Below are positions 1 to 10,356 of a stretch of 21,614 nt of DNA, piece after piece. Location: NCBI RefSeq assembly GCF_006345805.1, contig NW_021823711.1, positions 1-21,614 on the forward strand. The letters are read 5' to 3'. Below the pieces are notes generated by a model. The model ran no database searches and was not told the origin of the DNA. It worked only from the letters and a program-made list of their open reading frames with translations. The translations under genes were made by a program, and so were the position numbers. Each line of letters starts with the position of its first letter. Position 1 is the stretch's first letter. The DNA comes from Octopus sinensis. Its lineage: Eukaryota.

Positions 1-66
1 CTGAAGAGAAAGTAACTATTAAAGATGTTGCTTTCTACGTTTGTAGGTATTAACGTATTCATCTAC

Positions 67-300
67 GTGGCTGTGTTGGTAAGAAGCTGACTTCCCAGCC
101 ATATGGTTCCGGGTTCTGTCTCACTGCGTTGCAACATCGGCGAGTATCGTGCTAACCAAAGCTTTGTGAGTCGATTTGGTTGACGGAAACTGAAAGAAGC
201 CGTTTGGGTGTGTATATGTATTTGTGTAAGTGTTTATGTTGTCCCGCACTAATGACTGACATCCGGTGTTGATATGTTTACATCCCCTGCAACAAGCGGT
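67..300 (+). mobile_element. SINE family A, diverged and 3'-truncated copy
   Basis: Head GTGGCTGTGTTGGTAAGAAGC...GGTTCCGGGTTC (A/B-box-like), core GACGGAAACTGAAAGAAGCC, a GT-rich spacer and the start of the 3' half. Aligns by eye with the near-intact copy at 12280-12698. Confidence 0.8.
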
Positions 301-301
301 A

Positions 302-460
302 CCGAAATTTAGGGGAAAAGATTAAGTCGATTCCATCGACCACAGGGGCCTAACTGGCACTTATTTATTCGACCCCGAAAGGATGAAAGGCAAAGTCGAC
401 CTCGGTGGAATTTGAACTCAGAACGTAACGACGGCATGCTTAACAATTCTGCCAGCTTGA
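302..460 (-). mobile_element. SINE family B, diverged copy
   Basis: CGACCCCGAAAGGATGAAAGGCAAAGTCGACCTCGGTGGAATTTGAACTCAGAACG...TTCTGCCAGC is the reverse complement of the family B head seen at 5168 and 17265. Confidence 0.85.
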
Positions 461-1380
461 CGTTCTCAACTTCCTAAATAATGCTTTTCTTGCTATAACA
501 TGTCGCCACAACTGTTTCTTTGACTGAAACATGTTATTAAAATTGTTTTAGTCACGACCAATCATCTCTTTTGCAAGCATTGTGTACAACGGACTACATA
601 AGCTGATCTATTCTTCTTCATTTCACATTTTGTATTACAACTCATTGTATATTGAGGAAGATTTGGCTGCTATTTTCAGAGAGATTCGCCCTTTTGCATG
701 TCTAGAATAGAAGATGCCGATGGTGACGTTGTTTTTGTTAGCGCAGCAATGCACAACGAAAGGGAAAGAATGATGAATTCATTATGAAAGCAAATGATTT
801 CCTCAACGACCAACGAATCTGGATTCTGGAAGAATTCCAAGTAAACAGGATAGATCTAATATTAACGAATTATTTTATTCATAAAATAGAAAACTGACAC
901 AGAAAATAACACTACCAACGAGAGAAATGGACGATAGCCTCTCCGACAATATTCATAGCTAGAATTGTTTCAAGGTGGCTTTTTGTCCTCTCTCTATTTT
1001 TATCGAGGCCTGATATCTCAAACACATTTATCGAACCGGCTCTAAGCAACAACATCTTGCTATGGAGAAGCAATAAATCATGTCTTGTATATCGAATAAC
1101 ATAAACTAGATGCAAGGGATAACAACCAACTAGGAGCTCTACTAAAAGCAGAGTCTAAATATTTAGGGAAAAACCTTTAGCATGTTTATGTGAGTTTAGA
1201 AATGTTGTGCAAACGACATGGACTAAAAAAAGAAATAGATTAACAAAAAACATCTACTCGATCAAGAGTGACATGTGGCTAAACAAAGCAACGATAATAA
1301 CAAGAAGAAAACGAAATGATAAGGAGAATTTTATGGAGTCTCTCTCTCTCTCTGCTAGAAATATCAGGAGACTACAACCA

Positions 1381-1672
1381 GGCGCAGGTGTGGCTGTGTC
1401 GTAAGAAGTTCGTTCCCTACCTTATAAATTCGGGTTCAGTCCTTCAACTATAACCACAAGCTGACCAAAGGTTGTGAATGGATTTGGTAGACAGAAGCTG
1501 AAAGAAGCCCGTTGTGTATGTACGTGTGTGTACGCGTATATATAATTATATATATTGTGCGCGCGCGTGTGCATATATGTATTTGTGTCTATGTTTGTTC
1601 CCCACCACCGCTCCACATCCTGTGTTGGTGCGTTTACGTCCCAGCAATCTAGCGGTTCGGTAAACGAGATTG
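1381..1672 (+). mobile_element. SINE family A, diverged copy
   Basis: GGCGCAGGTGTGGCTGTG head, GGATTTGGTAGAC...CTGAAAGAAGCCCG core, microsatellite spacer, and GTTTACGTCCC...GCGGTTCGG 3' half. Confidence 0.85.
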
Positions 1673-1777
1673 GTAGTGGTTTATATGATCGGAAATAATA
1701 TAGTTTTGTTTCATTTGGAAAACTATAAAAATTACTTTATGGCTTATTATTGTTTATATTTTTAATTTCATATATAT

Positions 1778-1834
1778 GGGGGCACCAAAATCTTTTAAGT
1801 GCTTAGGGTTTCTATGAGTCCTAACCCGGCCCTG
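1778..1834. mobile_element. Possible single end of a hAT-type MITE (CAGGGCCGG terminus)
   Basis: GGGGGCACCAAAAT...GTGCTTAGGG...CCGGCCCTG; its reverse complement begins CAGGGCCGG. No partner end or TSD was found. Confidence 0.35.
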
Positions 1835-2210
1835 CATGCAGCTCTCCTAACATAACAAGAATAATGAGATTGCTGATGTCAAAAAAGGTCTATGAATAAG
1901 GGGGAAAATTTGAAGTAAAAAGAATAAAGTTTGTAGGCCACTGTAATTATACTGAATGCATCGGTCATGTGATAGGAATGGTCAATGATCTTCTGACAAT
2001 GATCTTCGGAAAAAATGGGCGGAATCAGATGTATATGAAATTCGAATCATTTTTTGCCAACAGACCCCTATAGGGGCGTAGGCGTAGCTGTGTGGTAAGA
2101 CGTTTGCTCTCTAACCACATGGTTTCGGGCTCAGTACCTTGTGCAAGTGTCTTCCTCTACAGCCTCGAGCTTGTGAGTGGATTTGATAGACGGAAAAGAA
2201 AGAAGCCCGC

Positions 2211-2263
2211 CATATATATTATTATATATATATATATATATATTTACATACATACATGCATAC

Positions 2264-2311
<48 letters not shown>

Positions 2312-2336
2312 CATACATACATACATATATATATAC

Positions 2337-2399
<63 letters not shown>
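2211..2399. repeat. (TA)n microsatellite with CATA variants
   Basis: Direct reading. Confidence 0.98.
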
Positions 2400-2401
<2 letters not shown>

Positions 2402-2432
2402 TTTACTATATTGGTAAAAACGGTAAAAGGTT

Positions 2433-2503
2433 GGCCGGATAATTGAAGAGATGGTGGTGTGGATTTCCACCTCGGCATCCGAAACTCAGAGTTTTATCTT
2501 GGC
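2433..2503 (+). ncRNA. Type I hammerhead ribozyme motif, probably PLE-derived, with a C3>U core variant
   Basis: Stem I GATAA(2438-42)/TTATC(2494-98), extendable by GCC/GGC. Core TTGAAGA(2443-49). Stem II GATG/CATC plus GTGG-ATTT-CCAC. GAAA at 2481-84. Stem III ACT-CAG-AGT. Cleavage triplet GTT(2491-93). Confidence 0.6.
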
Positions 2504-2526
2504 TACCGAATAATTGTCACATACTG

Positions 2527-2574
<48 letters not shown>

Positions 2575-3355
2575 GTGTGTGTGTGTGTGTGTGTGTGTGT
2601 TGTGTATGTGTGTCTGTTTGTCCCCCTCCACCATCGTTTGACAGCGGATGCTGGTTTGTTTACGTCCCCGTAATCTAGCAGTTCGGCAAAAGAGACAGAT
2701 AGAATAAGTACTAGGCTTACAAAGAATTAGTCCTGGGGTCGATTTGTTCGACTAAAAGGCAGTGCTCCAACATGGTCGCAGTCAAATGACAGAAACAAAT
2801 AAAAGAATAAAAGAATACAAGAATATATTTATACGATTGAATGTTATTAGGAATTGTGCAAAAAAAAATTTTACGTTTTGTGCATTGCTGAAGTATTTAG
2901 CAAGTTACTGTATATAAATTCTAACGACGAAAGTCTTGGACCCCCAAAGGGTCATGTGGAATCCAATTGAGACCCAATGACTTCGACAATAAAAGAGATT
3001 TCGGGAAATTGTTCTCTTCATCAAACAGAATTCTGGGAAACAAAAAAAAAAAAAAAAAGAAGTTTTCGATCACGATGCACAATATAGAGATATATCGTAA
3101 AACCCCTGGGGAAGCTACGCGGTGAATTGACGCAGAATATCATCTGACTCTTGGGATATAGCAATCTTACGTCTAGGTCCCTAATGTGAAGGGATGCTTA
3201 GGTCAATGAGTAAATTGTGTTGTAAAGACCTATTTAAAAGCTATAAAAAATATAGATTATTGTTAATAAGCCAAATGGTTTCCAACATAGGCGCGACGTT
3301 TAAAATATTGGGAAAATATACACTTGAATAAGAAGTGTATTTCATACGGATATTA

Positions 3356-3955
3356 CAGTAATCCCTCGACTATCGCGGGTGGTATGTTCCAAAATACCCC
3401 GCGAAGTAGAAACGGTACTGCACTGTATGTTTTTTTTATAATTATTTTTATGATTTGTACATATTTATTTTATTACCTCCGCTTTAGCGAAGGCGGAGGT
3501 ATTATTTTCAGTCATGTTTGTTTATTTGTTTGTTTATCTTGTTTATCCGTGGACAACTGGATGGGATGAATTCGAATAAAATTTTTGGGTTGTTTGACCT
3601 CGTGACTGGCACGAACTGATTAGATTTTGGGATCGATCCGGTACCGAACAAGGATTCTGGATTATTTTTCTTGCTTTTTTTATTTTTTAATTTAATTTTT
3701 GACAGCCGTCGGGTTGGTTTTTAATATTCTCGTTTGTGATAGCAGTCAAGTTTATTTCAGATATTCTCATCTTAAAAATCATCTCCGGTTAATCGTTGAG
3801 AGGACGTTGGTGTTGCCTTGGCGGAGGTTTGCGCTCTTTGAGTGCTCTTGTTATAAATGTAAAACAACATCACGGAGGAATCAACTTAAGCTTAAATAAT
3901 AAACCGCGATAGGTTTAACGCGTTAGGTGAACCGCGATATGGCGAGGGATTACTG
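3356..3955. mobile_element. pogo/Tigger-type (Tc1/mariner superfamily) MITE
   Basis: TIRs CAGTAATCCCTCG (13 bp perfect, continuing imperfectly into ATCGCGG) at both ends. TA target duplication at 3354-55 and 3956-57. Internal CCGCGA(T/A) repeats. No transposase. Confidence 0.9.
3471..3852 (+). mobile_element. DINE-1/HINE-like (non-autonomous Helentron-type) element, copy 1, nested in the MITE
   Basis: 5' subTIR ACCTCCGC plus an adjacent inverted repeat GGCGGAGGT, a (GTTT)n tract, a 3' subTIR GGCGGAGGT (~3820), a 3' stem-loop GCGCTC-TTT-GAGTGC, and T-rich ends. A homologous copy lies at 14119-14503. Confidence 0.75.
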
Positions 3956-4285
3956 TATATCGACTTTGGAAAGACAGAAGGTAAAGATGATCTTGGTGAG
4001 GGCTGAACTCAGACCGTCAATATTACTTGTTTCAGTCATTAGATTGTGGCTATGCTGGAGCACTGCCTTGAAGAACATTTATTCAAATGACTCAACGCCG
4101 GTGCTTGTTGTTTAAAGACTTACTTATTGTAATGGTCTCTCTTACCGAACCACTAAATTACAGGGATGTAAACACGACAACACCGGTTGCCAAGCTGGAG
4201 TCGGGGACAGGCACATGCATGCAATGACGTAAACACATGCCCACACACACACATACATGCATACGTGTATATATGTATATATGTG

Positions 4286-4353
4286 TAAAGGCGGTGCTCC
4301 AGCATGGCCGCAGTCAAATGACTGAAACAATTAAAAGAGAAAAGAGAAAGAGA
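4286..4353 (+). mobile_element. Isolated family A 3' tail inside the spacer of the reverse copy
   Basis: TAAAGGCGGTGCTCCAGCATGGCCGCAGTCAAATGACTGAAAC is identical to the tail of the copy at 12280-12698 and is followed by (AAAAGAG)n. Confidence 0.85.
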
Positions 4354-4355
4354 AT

Positions 4356-4380
4356 ATACACACACACGCCACACCACACT

Positions 4381-4423
<43 letters not shown>

Positions 4424-4450
4424 TCTAATATAATATATATATATATATAC
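4356..4450. repeat. (CA)n/(TA)n compound microsatellite
   Basis: Direct reading. Confidence 0.95.
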
Positions 4451-5167
4451 GACGGGCTTCTTCCGGTTTCCGTCTACCAAAATCCACTCACAAGGCTCAA
4501 TCAACCCGAAGCTACAGTAGAAGACATTTGCGCAAGGCACTGCGCTGTGGGATTGAACACCGGGGCCTTATGAGTGAGGAGGAAATTTTGACCATAAACC
4601 ACACATGCTATTTACGCCTGAATCCCATATGCATAATTAACAAGAAAAAGGAAAGAAAAGAAATCAATTTGTCCCCTTCTGTCGATTCAGTTAATTCATG
4701 ACTCTTTTCTCTAAAGCCCTAGAAATTTCCATCAATCTTCCACTATTTTATCCGCTACTATAAAATATATACAAACCCTCCACCCCCCCTTTTTGTTTTC
4801 CTTTTCTTTTCGTTTTTCTCTTTCTTTCTTTTCTTTTTTTTCTTTTTTTTTGATCGATTTGCAACAAAATCTGCCACGCTCTTATCATCTTGTCCAACGT
4901 TATACAGATTCTGCCAAGTACAACAATTGTGTCTGATGCTCCATCGACTCTGCCAATACGCCGACGCTGGTTGGTAAAGATATATTGTTGCATTACATTA
5001 AAATAATATACGACTTTACATTCTGCTAAAGATTTTAAAAGTGTTACCTGTATTTGATTGGTTCATATTTTTATTGTTTCTTAAGAATGGTGAATGGTGA
5101 AATACCACCGCTATGGTGACGGCAATAACACTTTTAGTGCAGCTATGCTAATATTATTGTTGTTGTT

Positions 5168-5570
5168 AAGGCGGCGAGCTGGCAGAAACGTTAGCACGCC
5201 GGGCGAAATGCGTAACCGTGTTTCGTCTGCCGTTACGTTCTGAGTTCATCCTTTCGGGGTCGATAAATTAAGTACCAGTTACGCACTGGGGTCGATGTAA
5301 TCGAGTTAATCCGTTTGTCTGTCCTTGTTTGTCCCCTCTCTGTTTAGCCTCTTGTGGGCAATAAAGAAATAAGAAACGTTAGCACGCCGACCGAAATGCT
5401 TAGCGGTATTTCGTCTGCCGCTATGTTCTGAGTTCAAATTCTGCTGAGGTCGACATTAATTTTCATCCTTTCAGGGTTGATAGATTAAGTACCAATTGCA
5501 TTCTGGGGTCGATCAAATCGACTGGCCCCCACCCCCCAAATTTCGGGCCTTGTGCCTATAGTAGAAAGGC
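5168..5570 (+). mobile_element. SINE family B, dimer-like copy
   Basis: AAGGCGGCGAGCTGGCAGAAACGTTAGCACGCCGGGCGAAATGC head, with the head module repeated from ~5375. The first module has lost the TTCAAATTCC B-box segment by a deletion between TTCA microhomologies. Confidence 0.9.
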
Positions 5571-5858
5571 AAAGACGACCTCGGCGGAATTTGAACTCAG
5601 AACGTGAAAGACAGACGAAATACCTATTTCTTTACTACCTACAAGGGGCTAAACACAGAGGGGACAAACAAGGACAGACAAACGGATTAAGTCAATTTCA
5701 TCGACCCTAGTGTGTAACTGGTACTTAATTTATCGACCCCGAAAGGATGAAAGGCTAAGTCGACCTCAGCGGTATTTGAACTCAGAAAGTAACGGCAGAC
5801 GAAATACCACTAAGTATTTCGCCCGGCAGTGCTAACGATTCTGCCAGCTCGCCGCCTT
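5569..5858 (-). mobile_element. SINE family B, reverse copy abutting the previous one tail-to-tail
   Basis: Ends TTCTGCCAGCTCGCCGCCTT (5839-5858), the exact reverse complement of 5168-5187. Confidence 0.9.
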
Positions 5859-6685
5859 CCACCTTTCACCCGTCCTGCGTATCACTTGCGATCAACAGGA
5901 AATATTTTCCTGATGTCCATGTGTTATATATGATACGCATTCCCAATATTTTCCATCAACCTAACAAGGGTTACTTGTGAATTATGAAAGGAAACCTTCA
6001 TTTTACGTAGAACACAAGAAGTAGGGAGAAACTGAAAGTCTGAAAACAAGAATAGATATTATAAAAATATTTTAAACAGACAAATGGTTCACAAATAACG
6101 AGCGGTCAAATAATATTACTGATTTGTAAGCGGCTGACCTTACAAGTCAGATATCTCTTCCTCTGAAAAACAGTAAACAAAACTTGAAGCAGTCCGCGAA
6201 GAGAATCACTTTCCAACCATTTTTTTTTTTTTTGGAATCAATATTAAAGAAAGGATTTATTTGCATTTTTAATTATCCCACAGTAAGTCTCTGCAATGTC
6301 GAAAGATTTATTTCTGGTTTACACTGCGTTATGTATAAGAGTGTTATTGTCTAATTAATCACAAAACATCAAAAGCATATTTATGCAAATTAGGCTACCC
6401 ATTAATGTGCTAGCTTAATTTGCGCCTCGTGTATGTAGCAGCTGACCTAGGCGATCGATTGGTGGAGATCTTCTATTGGAAGCGGTCAACAAACTGTGGA
6501 GACTCCCTCCCTCTCTTTTTCCGTACTGCAAAGATAAGATCAAAGTAGAGAATCAGAAATAACAAGAAAAATTGAAACGATAATAGACAAAATATAAAAA
6601 AAACATGGTGGTTATATATGTCCATGCGTATGTATATGTCGAAGGGTTGACTTGTCTAGTATTTTCTTCTTTTTTTGGTATTGCC

Positions 6686-7198
6686 TTGCATGTATATATA
6701 TATATATTATATTATATATGTATATATATATATACAGATTACATATACATATATATGCAAATATATATACATAAATGGGTGTTTATGTATATATATAAAT
6801 TTATATATATATATATAAATAAATGTAATATCTATGTATGCAAATATATATACATAAATGGGTGTGTATGTATATATAGAAATTATATATATATATATAA
6901 TAAATGTACAATCTATGTAGGCATAATATGATATATATATATATATATAATATATATAAATGTATGTATATATATAAATGTATGTATATATATTATATAT
7001 ACATTTATATATATATACAATGTATATATATGTTTATATTTATGTATTACATATGTATATATGTGTATGCATAATGTATATATATATAAATATATGTGTG
7101 TGTGTGTGTACATATATACATACATACATACATACATATACACGCCCGTCACGTATCTATCTATCTAGCTATCTACACACACACACACACACACACAC
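6686..7198. repeat. Complex (TA)n/(TATG)n/(CATA)n/(TCTA)n/(CA)n low-complexity block
   Basis: Direct reading. Includes a ~83 bp higher-order tandem duplication at 6755-6918. Confidence 0.95.
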
Positions 7199-7527
7199 TG
7201 AGAGACGGAGAAATGGAGCTGGGTTGTATTTATGACGGAATAAGAAAAACGAAGTAACGACATATTAATAAAGAAATAACGAAACGTGTGTATGCTTGTG
7301 CGCCTGTTTGCATGTATTCGTGCCAACGCGTTTGGGTGAGTATTCAAATAGAAATTCATACCAACTTCTGACTTCATATACCATTGTATATGATATCGTT
7401 TTCTATCTCATTCTTTTCATTTTATTGAGCTCTTTCGCAAAGCGATATGCACAAAAGAATTACTTTCTCTGAAACATTTCGCCCCTCTTTATCTCTCTGT
7501 ATTACTATAAATGTACTAAGTTATTGT

Positions 7528-7528
7528 T

Positions 7529-7563
<35 letters not shown>

Positions 7564-7735
7564 CAAATATTCATAAGCATGCATATATCTATTTATATTA
7601 TATACATATATATATACATATATACGTATGTATTTATATGTATATATGTGTGTGTATGTATGAATGTGTGTATGTATATATATATTTACTCACACGCAGA
7701 TATATACATGCTTATATATACACAGAGAGAGAATA

Positions 7736-7766
<31 letters not shown>

Positions 7767-7924
7767 ATATATATATATATTTGTGTGTGTGTGTGTGGTG
7801 TATACATACAGTTTCATATATATATAAGATATAGATATAGATATGCATGTGTTTATATGGATGTACGTGTGTATCTATATGTATATATACTTATTACATG
7901 ATATACATATAGTTATATATATAT

Positions 7925-7966
<42 letters not shown>

Positions 7967-8027
7967 TATATATATCTATGTGTATATATGTGTGCATATA
8001 TGTGTACACACACACACACACACACAT
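7528..8027. repeat. Complex (TA)n/(TG)n/(TCTA)n/(CA)n low-complexity block
   Basis: Direct reading. Confidence 0.95.
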
Positions 8028-8530
8028 CAAGACGTATCGGGAACACTGACTGATAAATAGAGATAAATGCACAGTTTGTGATGTATATTTTCTGATCTGA
8101 AATAAATACACGGCATTGATAAGGTTTCACGTTAATAATAGAAGGGTGGGGGCCTTCTCTACGAAGCGAGAGAATATACTACCAATCTAACTATTTATAC
8201 ATTCATCATCTGCTGCCTGTAGTCTATAATCGCCCTACATCGCCTTAGCCCTCCCCCTTCTACCGTGTCTGTCTGCTCTTTATATTCATTCGTTTTATGG
8301 TCCTTTGCGGTGATGTTGTTTACCTTATCATTCCTTAACTCCACCATCAATTCAGTGAGTGATATTGCTGCATAGTCAGTGCTTTGTATAGATATACTTT
8401 TATAATATACCATAGACACTCTGCGCTCTTTTCCATTCTATTACTATCACTGTCTTTTTCACTCTATCTTTCTCCGTATAAATTATAGTATAACAATATA
8501 TATATATATAAATATTGCCTTCTTGTATTT

Positions 8531-8853
8531 CTTTCAGGCATTTGACTGCAGCCGTGCTGGAGCACCCCTTTTAGTCGAACAAATACATCTCAGGACATAT
8601 TATTTGTCTTTTGCCGAACTGGGACGTAAACACACCACCATCGGTTGTCAAGCGATTTTGGGGGGACTAACACAGACACACAAATATATACACACATATA
8701 TATATATATGATGGACTTCTTTCAGTTTCCGTCTACCAAATCCACTCGCAAGCCTTTGGTCGGAAGACACTTGCCAAGGTGCCTCGGAGTGGGACTGAAC
8801 CCGGAACCAAGTCGTTGGTAAGCAAACTACTTACCACACAGCCACTCCTGCGC
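8531..8853 (-). mobile_element. SINE family A, near full length, reverse
   Basis: Ends CTTACCACACAGCCACTCCTGCGC (reverse complement of the head). Contains TTTCAGTTTCCGTCTACCAAATCCACT and the tail TTTGACTGCAGCCGTGCTGGAGCACC. Confidence 0.9.
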
Positions 8854-9399
8854 ATATATATATATATATATAAATTAAATGGAGAGAAGAAGTGGAACGA
8901 ACCGACAAATCGAAACGAACCCGACGCGTGGCGCTGTCAGACAATAATGTAATAAGTAAAAATATATGCATACATACATACAAACATATATGTACGTACC
9001 TACATCTACATGTATATATACATGCATATATAAATAAATATACGTAAGTACACCACAACAAGACGTAGAAACGGGAAAAACAAAAATTTTTTACAACAAG
9101 AAAACAAGTACAGGACATGACACATCGTCAACTAGGCCTTCCTGCGAGAGAATTAAATAAAATTCCAAGCAGCGGGGTAAAACGGGTAAGAACAGATAGA
9201 GTGAGAAAGAGGGAGAGAAAGAGAGAACTATATATGTATATACGTATATATGCTTGCATATATATAATACTTATGCATGTGTGCGTATTAACATGCCTGT
9301 GTTTATGAATTAATTTTCTATATGTGTGTGGGAGAGAGCCTGTTTGCGTGTCTATATCTAAATATATTTGTCCCTCTAAATATATCTGACTATTTTGTT

Positions 9400-9500
9400 C
9401 AACTCGAAGCTTGATTAGAAGAAATTTTCCCTAAGCCCTACGCAAGTATCGATCCCAGTATCCCTGTTCCAAGGTGAACTCCTTAGTTAACCACTCGCCT
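9400..9500 (-). mobile_element. Highly decayed family A-like SINE head
   Basis: GAAGC...AGAAGAAATTTTCCC...CTACGCAAGTATCGATCCC...CCACTCGCC is collinear with the reverse heads at 4510-4608 and 8762-8853. Confidence 0.4.
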
Positions 9501-9837
9501 TTATCATATATATTTAACGTTCTTCTGATACACATGCCATTTCAATAGAAGATTTTACACTGTTCTGCTTTCATTTTCGTATTTGACGCGTTATGTTATA
9601 AATCTCAATATAATTCCATAAAACTTTGAAGGAATCCATTTTGTTTTTGCTTGTTTGCTTGTTTGTGCAAACAACCCCACATTTTTTATGTCTCTCATCG
9701 TTAGTGTTACGTTTCCGAACAAATATTGACCAACTTTAAAAACATCTTAAATGATGTTTTCGCAACGACACTTCTTCAGACACTGTATATCTACACTGGA
9801 AGTGAGTGTGTGAAGTATTCACACGCAGCAGAGAAAC

Positions 9838-9910
9838 ACACACACACGCATACACTCACACACACACGCACGCACACACTCACACAAACACACATACACG
9901 TACACACACA
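9838..9910. repeat. (CA)n microsatellite
   Basis: Direct reading. Confidence 0.95.
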
Positions 9911-9952
9911 TCAATGTAGTCAGTATATTTGTATGTATTTATGTATATCCGT

Positions 9953-10322
9953 GGAGGCGCAATGGCCCAGTGATTAAGGCAGCGGACTCGCGGTCGTAAG
10001 GTGACGGTTTCAATTCCCAGACCGGGCGTTGTGAGTGTTTATTGAGCGAAAACACCTAAAGAAATCCACGTGACTCCGGTAGGGGGCAGTGGTGAACCCT
10101 GCTGTATTCTTTCACCACAATTTTCTCTCACTCTTTCTTCTTGTTACTGTTGTACCTGTATTTCAAAGAGCCAGCCTTGTCACGCTGAATCTCCCTGACA
10201 ACTAAGTTAAGGGTACACGTGTCTATGGAGTGCTCAGCGACTTGCACGTTAATTTTACGAGCAAGCTGTTCCGTGGATTAGATCAACTAAAACTCTCATC
10301 GTTGTAACCGATGGAGTGCCAC
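9953..10322 (+). mobile_element. SINE family C, tail type 1
   Basis: tRNA-like head with A-box TGGCCCAGTGA and B-box GGTTTCAATTCCC. The first ~185 bp are shared with the copy at 14764. Confidence 0.85.
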
Positions 10323-10356
10323 GTTATGTATATCTGTTTTCTTTTTCACTCTGTAA

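Larger units (their letters stand above)
2075..2817 (+). mobile_element. SINE family A copy split by an expanded (TA)n spacer and a ~120 bp insert
   Basis: 5' half at 2075-2210. 3' half at 2610-2817 ends GGTCGCAGTCAAATGACAGAAAC plus an (AAAAGAAT)-like tail. The spacer holds (TA)n, a foreign segment at 2401-2530, then (TA)n(GT)n. Confidence 0.85.
4026..4608 (-). mobile_element. SINE family A variant, reverse orientation, with expanded microsatellite spacer
   Basis: Tail GTTTCAGTCATTAGATTGTGGCTATGCTGGAGCACTGCC at ~4030. Head half GGGCTTCTTCCGGTTTCCGTCTACCAAAATCCACTCACAAGG...GGGATTGAACAC at 4451-4608. Confidence 0.8.

Noticed and set aside
4908-4945. In-frame TGA in DSAKYNNCV*CS considered as selenocysteine
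   Set aside because: It does not match known selenoprotein redox motifs, and no SECIS element was seen.
9720-9790. Minus-strand CTGAAGA...GAAA with an 8-bp hairpin (AAAACATC/GATGTTTT), resembling a hammerhead
   Set aside because: Stem I cannot form (CAGTGT versus TTAAAG) and stem II is only three weak pairs.
9953-10025. tRNA-like A and B boxes here, at 14764 and in the family A/B heads
   Set aside because: No complete cloverleaf or acceptor stem. They continue into repeated SINE bodies, so they are not tRNA genes.
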